A stretch of 64,000 nt of DNA from a virus. Lineage: Duplodnaviria > Caudoviricetes. The DNA lies in IMG/VR virus record IMGVR_UViG_2875499822_000002, positions 24,252 to 88,251 of that record. One strand, 5' to 3'. How positions within the stretch are numbered: position 1 is the stretch's first letter; each line of letters starts with the position of its first letter. Shown here one piece after another: positions 39,691 through 49,884 of the stretch. The position numbers were made by a program, and so were the translations under genes. Below the pieces are notes generated by a model. That model was not told the DNA's origin. It made no database searches and saw only the letters and a program-made list of their open reading frames with translations.

Positions 39691-39951
39691 GTGAGCCTGA
39701 AATCAGCATTGGAATCAGCGGTCGAAAACTTCGATCCGAACAACCCATTCCACCAGGCCCTAAAAAAGCATGGCGAGAGTTTGTACTTCCAAGTAATTGA
39801 GCGTGCCACGCAAGATCAACACCACGCTATACACCATGGTTCAAAAACCATCACCGAGATTGCCGAAGCGGTACGGGTTAAGGCACTAGAAATATTCGAC
39901 AATGAAAGCATTATGAAAGGCATGCGTATCGAAGACGACATTGGACTATGA
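39691..39951 (+). CDS. Hypothetical moron
   Basis: Antisense to virion genes; ATGA-coupled to the next ORF. Confidence 0.55.
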   Translation: MSLKSALESAVENFDPNNPFHQALKKHGESLYFQVIERATQDQHHAIHHGSKTITEIAEAVRVKALEIFDNESIMKGMRIEDDIGL

Positions 39952-40202
39952 ACGTAGATGACTTTGACGGTGAAACTTTGGGTGAGTTCAAGGCCAGGTA
40001 TTGGAGCGACAAATTTGTAGATGAGCGGAAGACTCATGGTGAAGAGCTTTTTGTGCGGATCAAGCGCTTCTGCATACATGAACTGGCGCCAGATGAGTAC
40101 GACTCATACGTTGGTAGTGATCTGCTTAAAAAAATAGACCACTTTTACGAAAATCTTGAAGAGAGAAAAGCAGATCTACTAGAGTTCGAGCTTAGTCTTT
40201 AA
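39948..40202 (+). CDS. Hypothetical moron
   Basis: 84-aa acidic ORF. Confidence 0.55.
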   Translation: MNVDDFDGETLGEFKARYWSDKFVDERKTHGEELFVRIKRFCIHELAPDEYDSYVGSDLLKKIDHFYENLEERKADLLEFELSL

Positions 40203-40388
40203 GTGATCTTCAGCCGATTTCTTTGTTCTCGGCTTCCGCGCAGGCTTCTCCACAGTCACAGGTTCTTCAGACAGAGAAGCCCCAGGCTCCCCATACCCCA
40301 GACCACGCCAGTACCCGTCCGCAGCACTCCCCGCATCGACAAGCACTCGATCACCGGCCAGCTCCAGCCACACCGAATTTTTACTCAT
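40179..40388 (-). CDS. Small virion-associated protein
   Basis: Overlaps the upstream stop; Lys/Pro-rich tail. Confidence 0.5.
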   Translation of the reverse strand: MSKNSVWLELAGDRVLVDAGSAADGYWRGLGYGEPGASLSEEPVTVEKPARKPRTKKSAEDHLKTKLEL

Positions 40389-40770
40389 TGTTTGTCTCCA
40401 AGGTGTCTGGCCACGGATACTCGGCCTTGATCTCTTCAAATCTAGCGATAGCCTTATCCTTTACCGCCTCCCAGCCTGCTTCGCCCATTAACTGCATCCT
40501 CTGAGCTTCAGCGAATAGCCGATCACTGCCGGTGAATTCATTAGCGTAAGCAGCTTTGCGAAGGCTTTCGACTTCGTCTCTGGACATCACGTTCGCTACA
40601 AATGCTCCGATCTCACCGTGTATGCCCTCATGGATTTCGTGGTAGATCTGGCAACCGTATTCAATGATGTCGTCTGGGTGAGCAGTAAACGGAATCCAGC
40701 CATACACCTCGTGATTGACCTCGCAGTCGTAGCCACCATTTCCGCTAACTCGCGGATTTCTAACTTCCAT
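40381..40770 (-). CDS. Fibre assembly chaperone-like protein
   Basis: DCEVNH..YGWIPFTA.PDD and R..AY...SD.LF...EIKAEYPW motifs. Confidence 0.7.
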   Translation of the reverse strand: MEVRNPRVSGNGGYDCEVNHEVYGWIPFTAHPDDIIEYGCQIYHEIHEGIHGEIGAFVANVMSRDEVESLRKAAYANEFTGSDRLFAEAQRMQLMGEAGWEAVKDKAIARFEEIKAEYPWPDTLETNNE

Positions 40771-41276
40771 TATGCGATCCTCATCCAGATAGTAGATCTG
40801 GCAATATAATTAGTTCCGCCATTTACCTTCCAAGACATTTGACGCCATGTACCGACACCCGGCGCTACTCCTGCCGTTCCGTCCAGTGCCATCATCGTAA
40901 TACCCGTGCCAGCCGATGCTTCGTAATAGTCGCCTGTTCTTGTTCCGACAACATCTCGTGCAATGCAGTAGGAGCCTAGTTCGTAACGACCAGGAAGCTT
41001 TGCGGTTCCAGCTTCAGGCTTACTTTCGAGAACTGCAACTCGATCATCAAGCTTGTTCAAATCTTCTGCAACGATTGTTACCCGATCTTTTGCTTGCTGG
41101 GCTAGAGTATTAGTGGCTTCGATATCAGCTGTGTGATCACTCAAGGAAACTGCAGCATCTACAATTTGCTTGATACTCACTGACTGAGAGTTACCAGGGC
41201 GGTAAGCATGCAGCTTTGAATTTTGATTGCCATCCCATACAGGAAAGTCGTCCGGATGTTTTTTATTTGTCGCCAT
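40770..41276 (-). CDS. Short fibre-like protein
   Basis: Coiled coil followed by a LGSY...GTWRQM...WMRIA fibre-tip-like end. Confidence 0.6.
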   Translation of the reverse strand: MATNKKHPDDFPVWDGNQNSKLHAYRPGNSQSVSIKQIVDAAVSLSDHTADIEATNTLAQQAKDRVTIVAEDLNKLDDRVAVLESKPEAGTAKLPGRYELGSYCIARDVVGTRTGDYYEASAGTGITMMALDGTAGVAPGVGTWRQMSWKVNGGTNYIARSTIWMRIA

Positions 41277-41325
41277 GAGTATTCCTGTTTGCTTTGAATG
41301 CAAATCTTATTGTGTTGATATTGTA

Positions 41326-43107
41326 TCACTCTTCTACAAGCTTATATTCGAGCAGATCAAAGTCTCTGTAGTTACGAGTTAGGACTAGGCTGTTATCTTC
41401 GACATCTAGCCACTTCAGGCTTGAATCACCTTCGACAGGGAATATTTTCTCGAATGTAGCCCCGGCGTCGTAGGTGACTGTCAGTGAGACATCAGCGTTC
41501 AGGAAGACTGCGAAGTCACCTCTTGCGTAGCCGCTCGTTACTGCGCTGTCCAAAGTGATTAGTTTTTCTGACCCATTGTTGTAGTCGACTCTGCGGACGT
41601 CTTGGCCGTACAGGATGTACAGGTAGTCGTCACCGGCCACGAGCTTGCCGCCCCCCTCACTGATCAGGGTGTAACCACCCGCAGTGAGCTCTACTACTGC
41701 CGTGGTTGCGTCTGGGCGCTTGATGCTCGCAAACACTCGACCGCCCGAAGAGACGACTTCATTGCCCGTGCCGTCGATCAACAGTGTCACATCGTCGAGC
41801 ACTGGGCCTGGCGTGACCTGCAGACTGTCCGAGTCGATGAGGTACGAGATGCTGAAGTCTGTGTTTACTAGCCAATCTTTGCCACCTAGGGTAGCCATTG
41901 CTGGAAGCCTGGTATCACCGAAAGCGCCGGCAATGTCCAAGGTCAGTCTGGTGTCCGTGCCATCGATGCCCGTGAGTCGGTCAGCACCGTTGTCACCCCT
42001 CAGGTAGTACGTGCCCAGCTCGGTTTTGAACACATCGCAGGCGCGGTCGGAGATGTAGTTCTTCTCCACGATCCTTGCAGTGCCCTCGGCAAGCTGCTGC
42101 GCACTATTGAAGATCACGTAGCTACCGTCAAAAGCGGCGATGTACGTATCGCCATGCTTCAAGACACGCTTGGGTAAGCCGTATACGCCACCGAAGCTGA
42201 TGGATTTGGTAGCAGTTTCGTTGATGTCCACAATCCGCTTGAGCTGCTCAACGAACCGCTCCCATGAGATGTAGTTTCCGCCATCATCAACCTCCACGAA
42301 TTCGAAGCCAGCAATGTCGGCATAGATTGCGTCAAGTGCAGAGATTGAGCCCGCCATCGGATCTGGCTTAGCCTCTACGACCACATCACCTGGCTTGATT
42401 TCAGGGGTCTGCGCACCGGGAGAGACAACGCTCCAATCACCATTGTCATCAGCAGTACCTGTACCCGTGGTGCCGTCAGGAAAGGTAATGGTGATCTGAT
42501 CACCTGGATTCGCACCGCTGCCGCCAACCGTCACTGAGCCGTCTTGGTTCGCCGTGACGTCGTCGACAACGGGCTCACCTGGCTTGGGATTCGTGACAAC
42601 CCCAACATCGCCGGGATCGAGATCTGGATCATATGGAACATCCGGAAACTCAACTTCCCAGTCGCCATCTCCATCAGCCTCGCCAGATCCGGTCTCGCCA
42701 CCAGGCAGCGTCACCTCGACATCATCACCAGGGGTTGCACCACCGCCGCCTACAACAGTTCCACCACCATCTCCTGGCTTGATCTCACCAAGCTCAGGAG
42801 TAGTGGGTGTAACAGGGGTGGGCACCTGATCAACAACCAAATCCGGCGCACTCGGCACGGGCGTCACAGCACCTGGCGACGTCACCGACCAATTGCCGCC
42901 GTTGCTGACAACGCCAGTGCCGACAGAACCATCAGGGAACGTCACGACGATGGTCTGCCCAGGCGCCCCACCACTACCGCCAACAGTCACCGACCCATCA
43001 GGATTCACAGTGATGTCATCAATCACTGGCGAGCCGATCACCAGGCGCACAACCCGACGCAGGTGGTACACGGTAAGCGACAAGAGATTTCGACCCGGAA
43101 TATTCAT
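41326..43107 (-). CDS. Virion protein with three bacterial Ig-like repeats and a beta-rich C-terminus
   Basis: Three V.G.G..PG..(I/V).(V/I)T(F/L)P.G..G.G.....G(N/D)W.V repeats. Confidence 0.7.
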   Translation of the reverse strand: MNIPGRNLLSLTVYHLRRVVRLVIGSPVIDDITVNPDGSVTVGGSGGAPGQTIVVTFPDGSVGTGVVSNGGNWSVTSPGAVTPVPSAPDLVVDQVPTPVTPTTPELGEIKPGDGGGTVVGGGGATPGDDVEVTLPGGETGSGEADGDGDWEVEFPDVPYDPDLDPGDVGVVTNPKPGEPVVDDVTANQDGSVTVGGSGANPGDQITITFPDGTTGTGTADDNGDWSVVSPGAQTPEIKPGDVVVEAKPDPMAGSISALDAIYADIAGFEFVEVDDGGNYISWERFVEQLKRIVDINETATKSISFGGVYGLPKRVLKHGDTYIAAFDGSYVIFNSAQQLAEGTARIVEKNYISDRACDVFKTELGTYYLRGDNGADRLTGIDGTDTRLTLDIAGAFGDTRLPAMATLGGKDWLVNTDFSISYLIDSDSLQVTPGPVLDDVTLLIDGTGNEVVSSGGRVFASIKRPDATTAVVELTAGGYTLISEGGGKLVAGDDYLYILYGQDVRRVDYNNGSEKLITLDSAVTSGYARGDFAVFLNADVSLTVTYDAGATFEKIFPVEGDSSLKWLDVEDNSLVLTRNYRDFDLLEYKLVEE

Positions 43108-43111
43108 CGAC

Positions 43112-43420
43112 TCATCTCACTTCGTGAATCCAGACCATCGCGGGATCTTCCCCGTCGAGCAGCCGCACGCTCACCGGACGCCCTCTATTTGCATTCAAAT
43201 AGACGCCACCGCGTGCATCGATAGGCGCGTCTGAATCAGTAACGGCTGGGCCTTCGGCGATGTGAATTAGAGATTTGCAAAAGATGTAGATCGCTTCCCC
43301 TTTAATTGCCTGGCTTGTAAACGTTGTTCCCGCTGACAGCGTGGATTTCCCTCTGAACTCACCGGGCATGACGATAGGTAAGACTTCCCCTTCACGGGTT
43401 TTTGATGCTTGTGCGCTCAT
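43112..43420 (-). CDS. Putative head decoration protein
   Basis: Directly downstream of the capsid; beta-rich, 102 aa; AGGAG RBS. Confidence 0.5.
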   Translation of the reverse strand: MSAQASKTREGEVLPIVMPGEFRGKSTLSAGTTFTSQAIKGEAIYIFCKSLIHIAEGPAVTDSDAPIDARGGVYLNANRGRPVSVRLLDGEDPAMVWIHEVR

Positions 43421-43436
43421 ATTCGCTCCTAGAGAA

Positions 43437-43476
43437 GAAAAACCCCGCATACGCTGCTCGCAGCCATTGGCGGGGT
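43437..43476 (-). terminator. Intrinsic terminator after the capsid gene
   Basis: ACCCCGC...GCGGGGT stem followed by a T-run on the minus strand. Confidence 0.55.
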
Positions 43477-43516
43477 GTGCTTAGTAAGCTTCAGAACCTA
43501 GACATCAGTCCTGAAT

Positions 43517-44674
43517 TTAGTGTCCGCCGATGCGGATTGCACGATCTGGAGCGATTGCCTTAACACCGAACAGTGTTTCGAGCTTCCAATGGGTCGACTC
43601 AGTTTTTGGCTCGTACCAGCTGAGCAGCCTCAGGGTAATACCAGTGTTCGGGTCGGTCAGCGAGCTGATGGTAGTGCTGCCGCTATTAGTCGGAGTTTCC
43701 AACTGGCGGAACACGATCATAAACGCTTCTTTGAGGAACGCTACGTCAACCCTGTGATCACCAATTACGGTAACTGCAGCATCAGCCGGTACTTCGACCT
43801 CCAGTGCGTTAGTAAGCGTGACAACTGCAGAACCGCCGACTGCAACCACGTCGCTAGCAACGGAATACGAACCGTTGACACCGGCAATTGTGATCACATC
43901 GCCGTGCTTGAATGTCGCTCCTGCAGTTGCACCAGACACGGAAAGCATGAACGAGCCTGCTGGAGTAATTGCACTCGTCTTAATGCTGGCATCGGCAGAC
44001 GCAGTACCAGCGCGGTGAGTAACAGCCTGGTTTTCCTCGTAGATGTTAAACCCGAGCCTGCGACCGATGATGCCATCGCGCTCTGCCGTCTGGTCGTTGC
44101 CGCTGGTGAAATCTTTAAGGAAATCAGCAGAGGTTTCGCTGGTGACGGTCAGGCTCCTGACGCCAAATGCATTAAGCAGATCCATGCCCGTTTTGCCTTT
44201 GATCAGGTCAAAGCGAGTACGTTCATTTTTGGAGGTCAGGTCACCGGAGTAATGCGGAACATCCTTATACATATCAACGCACGCTGCGTTAATGGTGTAC
44301 GCCAAGATGTTGATCGCCCCCTGCAATGCCTTGGGGATTGTGCCCTGGATCATCGAGTTGTACTCGCGATCCGACATTTTGAACTCGACGTAAGGCTGGC
44401 GATTGAGTTTGACGTCAACAACTTGCTCTACGATGTCAGTAGCAACTGAGCTTTCGCCGTGCTCCAGTGCCTCTTTGAAAACAACAGGGCATTGAACCTG
44501 GACGGTGTCACCTTTTTTCTTCGATTCGTCCTGGGTGTCGACGGTAATCAAGTTAGGCATGGTCAACTGGCTGACCAGCTCTTTTAGAGCAGTAGTCAAA
44601 ATAACTTCAGACTGAAGCGCCTGGAAGTCGTTACCGTAAGCTCGCAGAGCCACGATCTTGTTTTGTCGATTCAT
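43517..44674 (-). CDS. Major capsid protein, P22 coat-like
   Basis: KKGDTV, G.IGR.LGF.IY, insertion domain GDVITIAGV, and F.K.AF...L.TLFGVK...PD.A motifs. Confidence 0.85.
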   Translation of the reverse strand: MNRQNKIVALRAYGNDFQALQSEVILTTALKELVSQLTMPNLITVDTQDESKKKGDTVQVQCPVVFKEALEHGESSVATDIVEQVVDVKLNRQPYVEFKMSDREYNSMIQGTIPKALQGAINILAYTINAACVDMYKDVPHYSGDLTSKNERTRFDLIKGKTGMDLLNAFGVRSLTVTSETSADFLKDFTSGNDQTAERDGIIGRRLGFNIYEENQAVTHRAGTASADASIKTSAITPAGSFMLSVSGATAGATFKHGDVITIAGVNGSYSVASDVVAVGGSAVVTLTNALEVEVPADAAVTVIGDHRVDVAFLKEAFMIVFRQLETPTNSGSTTISSLTDPNTGITLRLLSWYEPKTESTHWKLETLFGVKAIAPDRAIRIGGH

Positions 44675-44754
44675 CAAAAAAACCTTTCTTATTATTGTTA
44701 TTGGTTTTTGTACAACTATTTACAGAGCCGCACGCAGCGGCTCGAATTACAGCC

Positions 44755-45552
44755 TCAGCCCTGAATTACAATTTCGCCCTTGGCCCGTTTGGCAATCAGG
44801 TCTTTTTCAGTAGCCTTGTCGGAGCTCATGATCATCTGCAGCCATTCTTTTTGACTAACAGTCTTTGCGCCGCCACCTGTACCTTGTTTCCCGCCCGAAC
44901 CAGGCAGATCCTTAGCAAGATATTTTTTGCGAACAAGAAGACCATCCAGCCATTCCTTGCTCTGCAGAGGTTTTCCATCCCGGCCCAACTTAATGTTTCC
45001 GTATTCGTCCCGGAATACCAGTACGCCCTGAGCATCAAGCTCACCCTCGCGCAGTGCGAATTCAGCGATGTCCTCAGCAGCCTCTTTGTGTACAAATTCA
45101 TTGGCCAGAACCAGCTGGTTGATTGTCTGCGAGACGTGCATGCGTTTGATGCGAAGATCAGACTCCTGGAGTTTCTTCTCCAGTTCTTGGATGCTGGTAT
45201 CTTTTTCGCTCAGGATGCCCTTGTAGGACTCAACGGCGGCATTTACTCGTTTGTCAGAAAACGCAGTGATATCCAGCTTGCCGGCTTTGTAAGCTTCTAG
45301 GTCTTCTTGATCCTGAATCTGAGCCTCGAAAGCCTTATACCGAGCATCTTTAGTCTTGATCTCGCCTAGCAACTCATTCTTCTTGCTTACTAGCCCAGCA
45401 ATTTCGGCGCTGTGACGAGCATCTCTTTCTTTTAAGAGAGCTTGTACAGCAGGATGGGAAAGGTCTACTTCGGGTTGAGCCCCTGGCTCGTTTTCGCCTT
45501 CGTCATCTCCGTAAGCATGAAGAACGACAAGCGAATTATGACGCTGCAACAT
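44755..45552 (-). CDS. Scaffolding protein
   Basis: GL..KK.ELL.E.K, charged coiled coil and GSGG..G.GG tail; directly upstream of the capsid. Confidence 0.8.
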   Translation of the reverse strand: MLQRHNSLVVLHAYGDDEGENEPGAQPEVDLSHPAVQALLKERDARHSAEIAGLVSKKNELLGEIKTKDARYKAFEAQIQDQEDLEAYKAGKLDITAFSDKRVNAAVESYKGILSEKDTSIQELEKKLQESDLRIKRMHVSQTINQLVLANEFVHKEAAEDIAEFALREGELDAQGVLVFRDEYGNIKLGRDGKPLQSKEWLDGLLVRKKYLAKDLPGSGGKQGTGGGAKTVSQKEWLQMIMSSDKATEKDLIAKRAKGEIVIQG

Positions 45553-45652
45553 TGATTAAATCCCCCGAGGATTCTTTTATTGTTGTTTTATGTTGTAACG
45601 CCATAATATCATAAAAAATGGCAAGGGGGATTTTTTGCAAAATAACTCTTGA

Positions 45653-46027
45653 CTACACCACAGCTCTCAAAATTCGCTCCCTTTCACTGATCTCGATTCT
45701 TTGCACAGCGGCCAGAAACTCGTTGATGATTTCAATCTTGCCGGTCTTGGCTTTGATAAGTATCTCCTCAACAAAGCCTTGATCAACCATGGTTAGGAAG
45801 AGCTCATCTGAACCACGCCCCCCTTCAATAGAAGCCTCCCACAGCTCATACAGATTTCTTGCATTCAGCTTAAAAGCACCGCTTGCAAGAGAAAGCAGCG
45901 TCTCCTTCATCCCGATAGCATAATTACCTTCGCGGAATGCATCACGAGCTCGGTAGTACGCTTCTACCTTCTGAACCATAGGAAGCACTTCCCGATTAGC
46001 TCCTGACCTTTTCGATTTTTTAGTCAT
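45653..46027 (-). CDS. Hypothetical protein
   Basis: AAGGAG RBS. Confidence 0.65.
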   Translation of the reverse strand: MTKKSKRSGANREVLPMVQKVEAYYRARDAFREGNYAIGMKETLLSLASGAFKLNARNLYELWEASIEGGRGSDELFLTMVDQGFVEEILIKAKTGKIEIINEFLAAVQRIEISERERILRAVV

Positions 46028-46040
46028 CGTTTTCTCCTTT

Positions 46041-46379
46041 TTATTCTTCGATGATCTGCGCCAATACTTCCCGAGCGAGCCATCTCAAACTCTTTGGCTC
46101 AGTAAAGCTCTGTACATCAAACACAAAACGGATGCCGTCAAATACGAGATCCCTAGCATGAATCAACTCGCCGATGATCAGACGCTCAATCAGATCCATG
46201 CTCTCCGGACAACCCGCTTCGGCATAATCAGCCAGAAGCTCAAGGTGCCGTTTGTTGTCAAAGCGAAAAATACTCAAGGCAGGGTAATGTTTACGCTCTG
46301 AATCAAACCCACCAACCAGGCGGATAGCGCAAATTTCTTCTGTTTCCGGAGTCAAAGCTCGAATTGTGACTGTCTGCAT
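46041..46379 (-). CDS. Hypothetical protein
   Basis: ORF co-oriented with 45653-46027; start uncertain. Confidence 0.55.
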   Translation of the reverse strand: MQTVTIRALTPETEEICAIRLVGGFDSERKHYPALSIFRFDNKRHLELLADYAEAGCPESMDLIERLIIGELIHARDLVFDGIRFVFDVQSFTEPKSLRWLAREVLAQIIEE

Positions 46380-46538
46380 ATCTCTACCCGAGAGCTCAAG
46401 CTCTTCTTCTGATACTTGTATGTTACTAATGGAGCAAAACACAAATCAAACATTATTTGATAGCAACCTATTGATTTACCCAAATCTCCTTGCCAAAATA
46501 CAGAGTAGGCCCACATTACAAAAACAACGAGAGGCGAC

Positions 46539-47030
46539 ATGCTGAAAAGAAGCTTTCTTTACGACCAAGACATTTTGATCATACCCAAGGAGCCACAACG
46601 CCATGAGCGCTTAGACGGCTCAACCTCTAGCTTGAGGCAAGCTTTTGTAGCAGTTCGAATAAAAAACAACGAAATTATCACCAGTCAAGAATTATCAGCA
46701 TGGAATTTTAGCCAAACAAGGGTGAAGAATTTCTTTAATTTTTATTTCAATTTGACAACCAACTGGATGAACTGGGATGTATCTTCTCCTGAGTATGGAG
46801 CTACTTGGCAACACTCAAATTTTGAGCTGTTTTTCGGCTCAGGAAACCCAATAATCAACTACACTCCGGCACCAAGCGACCAAGTAAAACCAAAAGCCCC
46901 AAAATTCAATCTCGAAGCACTATTCTCGCCAATAGAGTCATCTCGACCCTTAAAGATGCCGGGGTTGGCTGAACAGTGTAAAATGCGGCAGCCTGAGGAG
47001 AAAACTTTTAGAAATCGTAATGACCCGTGA
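46539..47030 (+). CDS. Hypothetical AT-rich protein
   Basis: GAGG RBS; TTGCCA -35-like hexamer upstream. Confidence 0.5.
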   Translation: MLKRSFLYDQDILIIPKEPQRHERLDGSTSSLRQAFVAVRIKNNEIITSQELSAWNFSQTRVKNFFNFYFNLTTNWMNWDVSSPEYGATWQHSNFELFFGSGNPIINYTPAPSDQVKPKAPKFNLEALFSPIESSRPLKMPGLAEQCKMRQPEEKTFRNRNDP

Positions 47031-47164
47031 CAAGTTAGAACTCACGAAACCAGATTAGTTCCCTACTTAGACAAAATCCAGCTAGAAAGCGAGTCGCGAT
47101 ATTGAATTGCCATCACCCTTGTGTTAAAAATTCTCCGTCACATACGTGATACAAACACAAAGGA

Positions 47165-47722
47165 ATGCTGTACGTGAAAAAGATTGCGCTCGCTCTTGCC
47201 GTTGTCATGCTGACCGCTTGCGGTGAATCCAAGGTAACCGAAGTCGATGGCACTACCTCGGCCTCTGCTGATCAGTCGCTCAAGGCGATGATGAAAGGCA
47301 TGAAAGATAACGAATATCTTGAGATGGCTGGCAACATTAAGATGCTTCACTCTCGCTATGCCGGTGAGGAGTTCGCCAGAGTCCTGAACGGCAAGGACAT
47401 GGACGGCTTCAATGCAGAAGTTGCAGACACTAAGAAGTTCTTCATTCAGCGCGGCAAAGAGCGCGCAACTGCTGCGCTTCAGACCGACATTGACGAACTG
47501 GTGCAGAAGAACCAGGAGTTCATCGATTTCCGCATCCAGAGTGGGGACACTTCGTTCGATCCAGCGAATCACCCGTTCACGTCCAAGAACCTGAGCCGCA
47601 TCGAGAACTACAAGCAAAAGCAGGCCACCCTGGCTTCGCTTAGCGATGATGCCTACTGGAAAGAGTACGGCTGCGGCTGCTATCAGTCTTCGCTGGGCGC
47701 TACTGCCAACCCGCTGCAGTAA
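47165..47722 (+). CDS. Lipoprotein
   Basis: KK followed by a hydrophobic stretch and lipobox LTAC. Confidence 0.8.
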   Translation: MLYVKKIALALAVVMLTACGESKVTEVDGTTSASADQSLKAMMKGMKDNEYLEMAGNIKMLHSRYAGEEFARVLNGKDMDGFNAEVADTKKFFIQRGKERATAALQTDIDELVQKNQEFIDFRIQSGDTSFDPANHPFTSKNLSRIENYKQKQATLASLSDDAYWKEYGCGCYQSSLGATANPLQ

Positions 47723-47767
47723 AGTGATGCGGGCCGCTCACCCTGGGCGGCCTTCCTGGAGCTCAGC

Positions 47768-48289
47768 ATGAACGGTTACCACGTCACGACGACACAGGGT
47801 CACGGCACGACCGTTATCGCCGTCGAAACCACTGCCACCCAGGAGCTGGTTTGCCACTGCAAAATCCACCCCTTTTGCGGCTCCGAAGTGGTCTATCCAG
47901 TCATCGTAATGACTATGTCCCCGCAGCACCGCCAGGCACTCCCAGACCTGAAGCTCCAACTCCTCGATCACCTCCTGCATCAACACCGAGCCATCCTTCT
48001 AAGCGCTGGCAACGAAACCACGGGCGGTCGCTTCTCGTTCCAGAGCCAACTTGAGTACGCCATAGCCCAGGGCTACAGCGCGTACCAGCTCGCCGACAGC
48101 CAGATCGAAAGGTTTGACGACAAAGACCTGCAGACTGCGCTGGCCAGGCCATGGGGTGAGCCATTACCACTGGTGCTTGTTTCGAGACATGAGTTGCCGC
48201 GTTCGGCTTACGAGATCCCTGTCGATTACGTACACTCGCTAGACAAGCTAGATGCCAGAGCCGTTTTTGGAGACCGCTATGAGAGATGA
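47768..48289 (+). CDS. Hypothetical protein
   Basis: GGAG RBS. Confidence 0.6.
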   Translation: MNGYHVTTTQGHGTTVIAVETTATQELVCHCKIHPFCGSEVVYPVIVMTMSPQHRQALPDLKLQLLDHLLHQHRAILLSAGNETTGGRFSFQSQLEYAIAQGYSAYQLADSQIERFDDKDLQTALARPWGEPLPLVLVSRHELPRSAYEIPVDYVHSLDKLDARAVFGDRYER

Positions 48290-48560
48290 ATGGATTTACA
48301 ACGGCACTGACATGTCTATCAGAGACTACTTTGCTCACGCGATCTCAAAGAGGGAGCCAGGCGTTACGTTCGACGATTGCATGCATGACTTCGCGGCAGG
48401 TGAGCTCGACGAGGTAGCCAATGTTAGCTATGTCACTGCATTCCGCTCGAAAGACGATTCATTCGTCTACAAACGTAACGTGTGGTCACCCACTAGGGTG
48501 TATTTCATATGCGAAGACGGCAGACAGCAGGTGCAGTCGAGACCTCGACATCCAGGTTAA
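48279..48560 (+). CDS. Hypothetical protein
   Basis: GGAG RBS; overlaps the upstream stop. Confidence 0.55.
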   Translation: MRDEWIYNGTDMSIRDYFAHAISKREPGVTFDDCMHDFAAGELDEVANVSYVTAFRSKDDSFVYKRNVWSPTRVYFICEDGRQQVQSRPRHPG

Positions 48561-49036
48561 GACTGCCCATCAAGCCAGCGCTCCACTCGCTCCAATTTCC
48601 CGACCTCACTGAGCCGATTCTTGGCAGAATCCATGAGATCAAGGAAATGCTGCCGATCCTCAGACGATGGAAACCAGTCCGATATCTCCACGCTGCAATG
48701 TTGAGAGTCGCTGAGAGCCCATCGGACGATCATGTCTGCAGCAGCCCTGCAATGATTAGCCATCCAGACCGTTTTCCCATCAGCATGCCATCCACGCTCG
48801 GCCAGCACCTGAGTGGCATCCAATACTCCCGCTTCACCAAAAAACGTCGAGGTGTCAGGAAAGTGGATGCCAGCGAGGGACACCTTGCACACCCCGGAAA
48901 CACGATCCCAATACGAGGTGAAATGCCATCCACCCGTGGTAACACCGGGGATCGGAAAATTGATCGCAGCTTTCCCGGTGATGTAGTGATCACGAGAAAC
49001 CCGAGTCAGATCAAGGTCAAAGAGGTGTCGGTTCAT
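48557..49036 (-). CDS. Hypothetical protein
   Basis: 159-aa ORF with YITG..AIN...TGGWH motif. Confidence 0.65.
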   Translation of the reverse strand: MNRHLFDLDLTRVSRDHYITGKAAINFPIPGVTTGGWHFTSYWDRVSGVCKVSLAGIHFPDTSTFFGEAGVLDATQVLAERGWHADGKTVWMANHCRAAADMIVRWALSDSQHCSVEISDWFPSSEDRQHFLDLMDSAKNRLSEVGKLERVERWLDGQS

Positions 49037-49112
49037 GGGTTCAAGCTATCACAACGCCGTTTGACTCCAAATCGCCAGCACGGCAGGATGATTCGTCAAC
49101 TGGAGAGCAACT

Positions 49113-49403
49113 ATGCAGATCAAAAAAGGGGAAGTCATCACGCTAATGTCAGGTGGCTACGGCGACCGTCACAGGCCAATGGTTGCAACCCAAGACTTTG
49201 ATCTTGCTGCTGTCGCGGGTGACATTACTGCTGGCATGTCTCGGGTCGACAGAGAGGCCCAGCTCGGCGTACTTGATGAGATCCTGGAGGCACGTGGGCT
49301 TTTGCAGCCTCTCCCGAACAGGCAGCTACGCTTTGATTACTGGAGCGATGAACTCGTTCTGGAGGAGGAGCCATTCAAGCCCAACTGGTTCAATGACCAA
49401 TGA
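49113..49403 (+). CDS. Hypothetical protein
   Basis: GGAG RBS. Confidence 0.6.
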   Translation: MQIKKGEVITLMSGGYGDRHRPMVATQDFDLAAVAGDITAGMSRVDREAQLGVLDEILEARGLLQPLPNRQLRFDYWSDELVLEEEPFKPNWFNDQ

Positions 49404-49412
49404 GAAAGGACG

Positions 49413-49610
49413 CTAGTAGAAGCAATCCTCATCATAGTTGTAAGCCCGCCTGCCACTGGGCTTGAGCCTCTTCCCAGCCGGACTGGCCGCAAACCGCTTT
49501 AGCATCTCGTTGCCGGCCTGGATCTCTTCCGCGCTGATGCTTTCTAGCGCTTCAGCCTTTTCACGCTGGTCACGAGCTTTGCGCTCACTGATTGATTCCG
49601 ACTTTTCCAT
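49413..49610 (-). CDS. Small hypothetical protein
   Basis: GAGG RBS before ATG 49610. Confidence 0.5.
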   Translation of the reverse strand: MEKSESISERKARDQREKAEALESISAEEIQAGNEMLKRFAASPAGKRLKPSGRRAYNYDEDCFY

Positions 49611-49884
49611 GAAGACACCTCGCAGCTCTAGCTCCAAGCTATCAAGTTGCGTGCCGATTTGAAAGCTCAAGGTTTGTCAGCAAGGGCAATGTGAAATTAT
49701 TTTATGGGTATGCCACTGATATACCCATCTGTATTTTCAGGGGTTGCAGCGGGGGTTTCGCTCTTTTTCTCGCTTTCAAGGGGCATGGTGCAAAAAATAT
49801 TGGTTGATCAAGTTTTAGCTCAATTGCAATACTAATCACATGCAACGACTGCTCAGCGGTCAATAACGAAAGAGAGATGTTTAT

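Noticed and set aside
23150-43107. Diversity-generating retroelement or invertible fibre locus
   Set aside because: No reverse transcriptase, invertase or TR/VR repeat pair was noticed.
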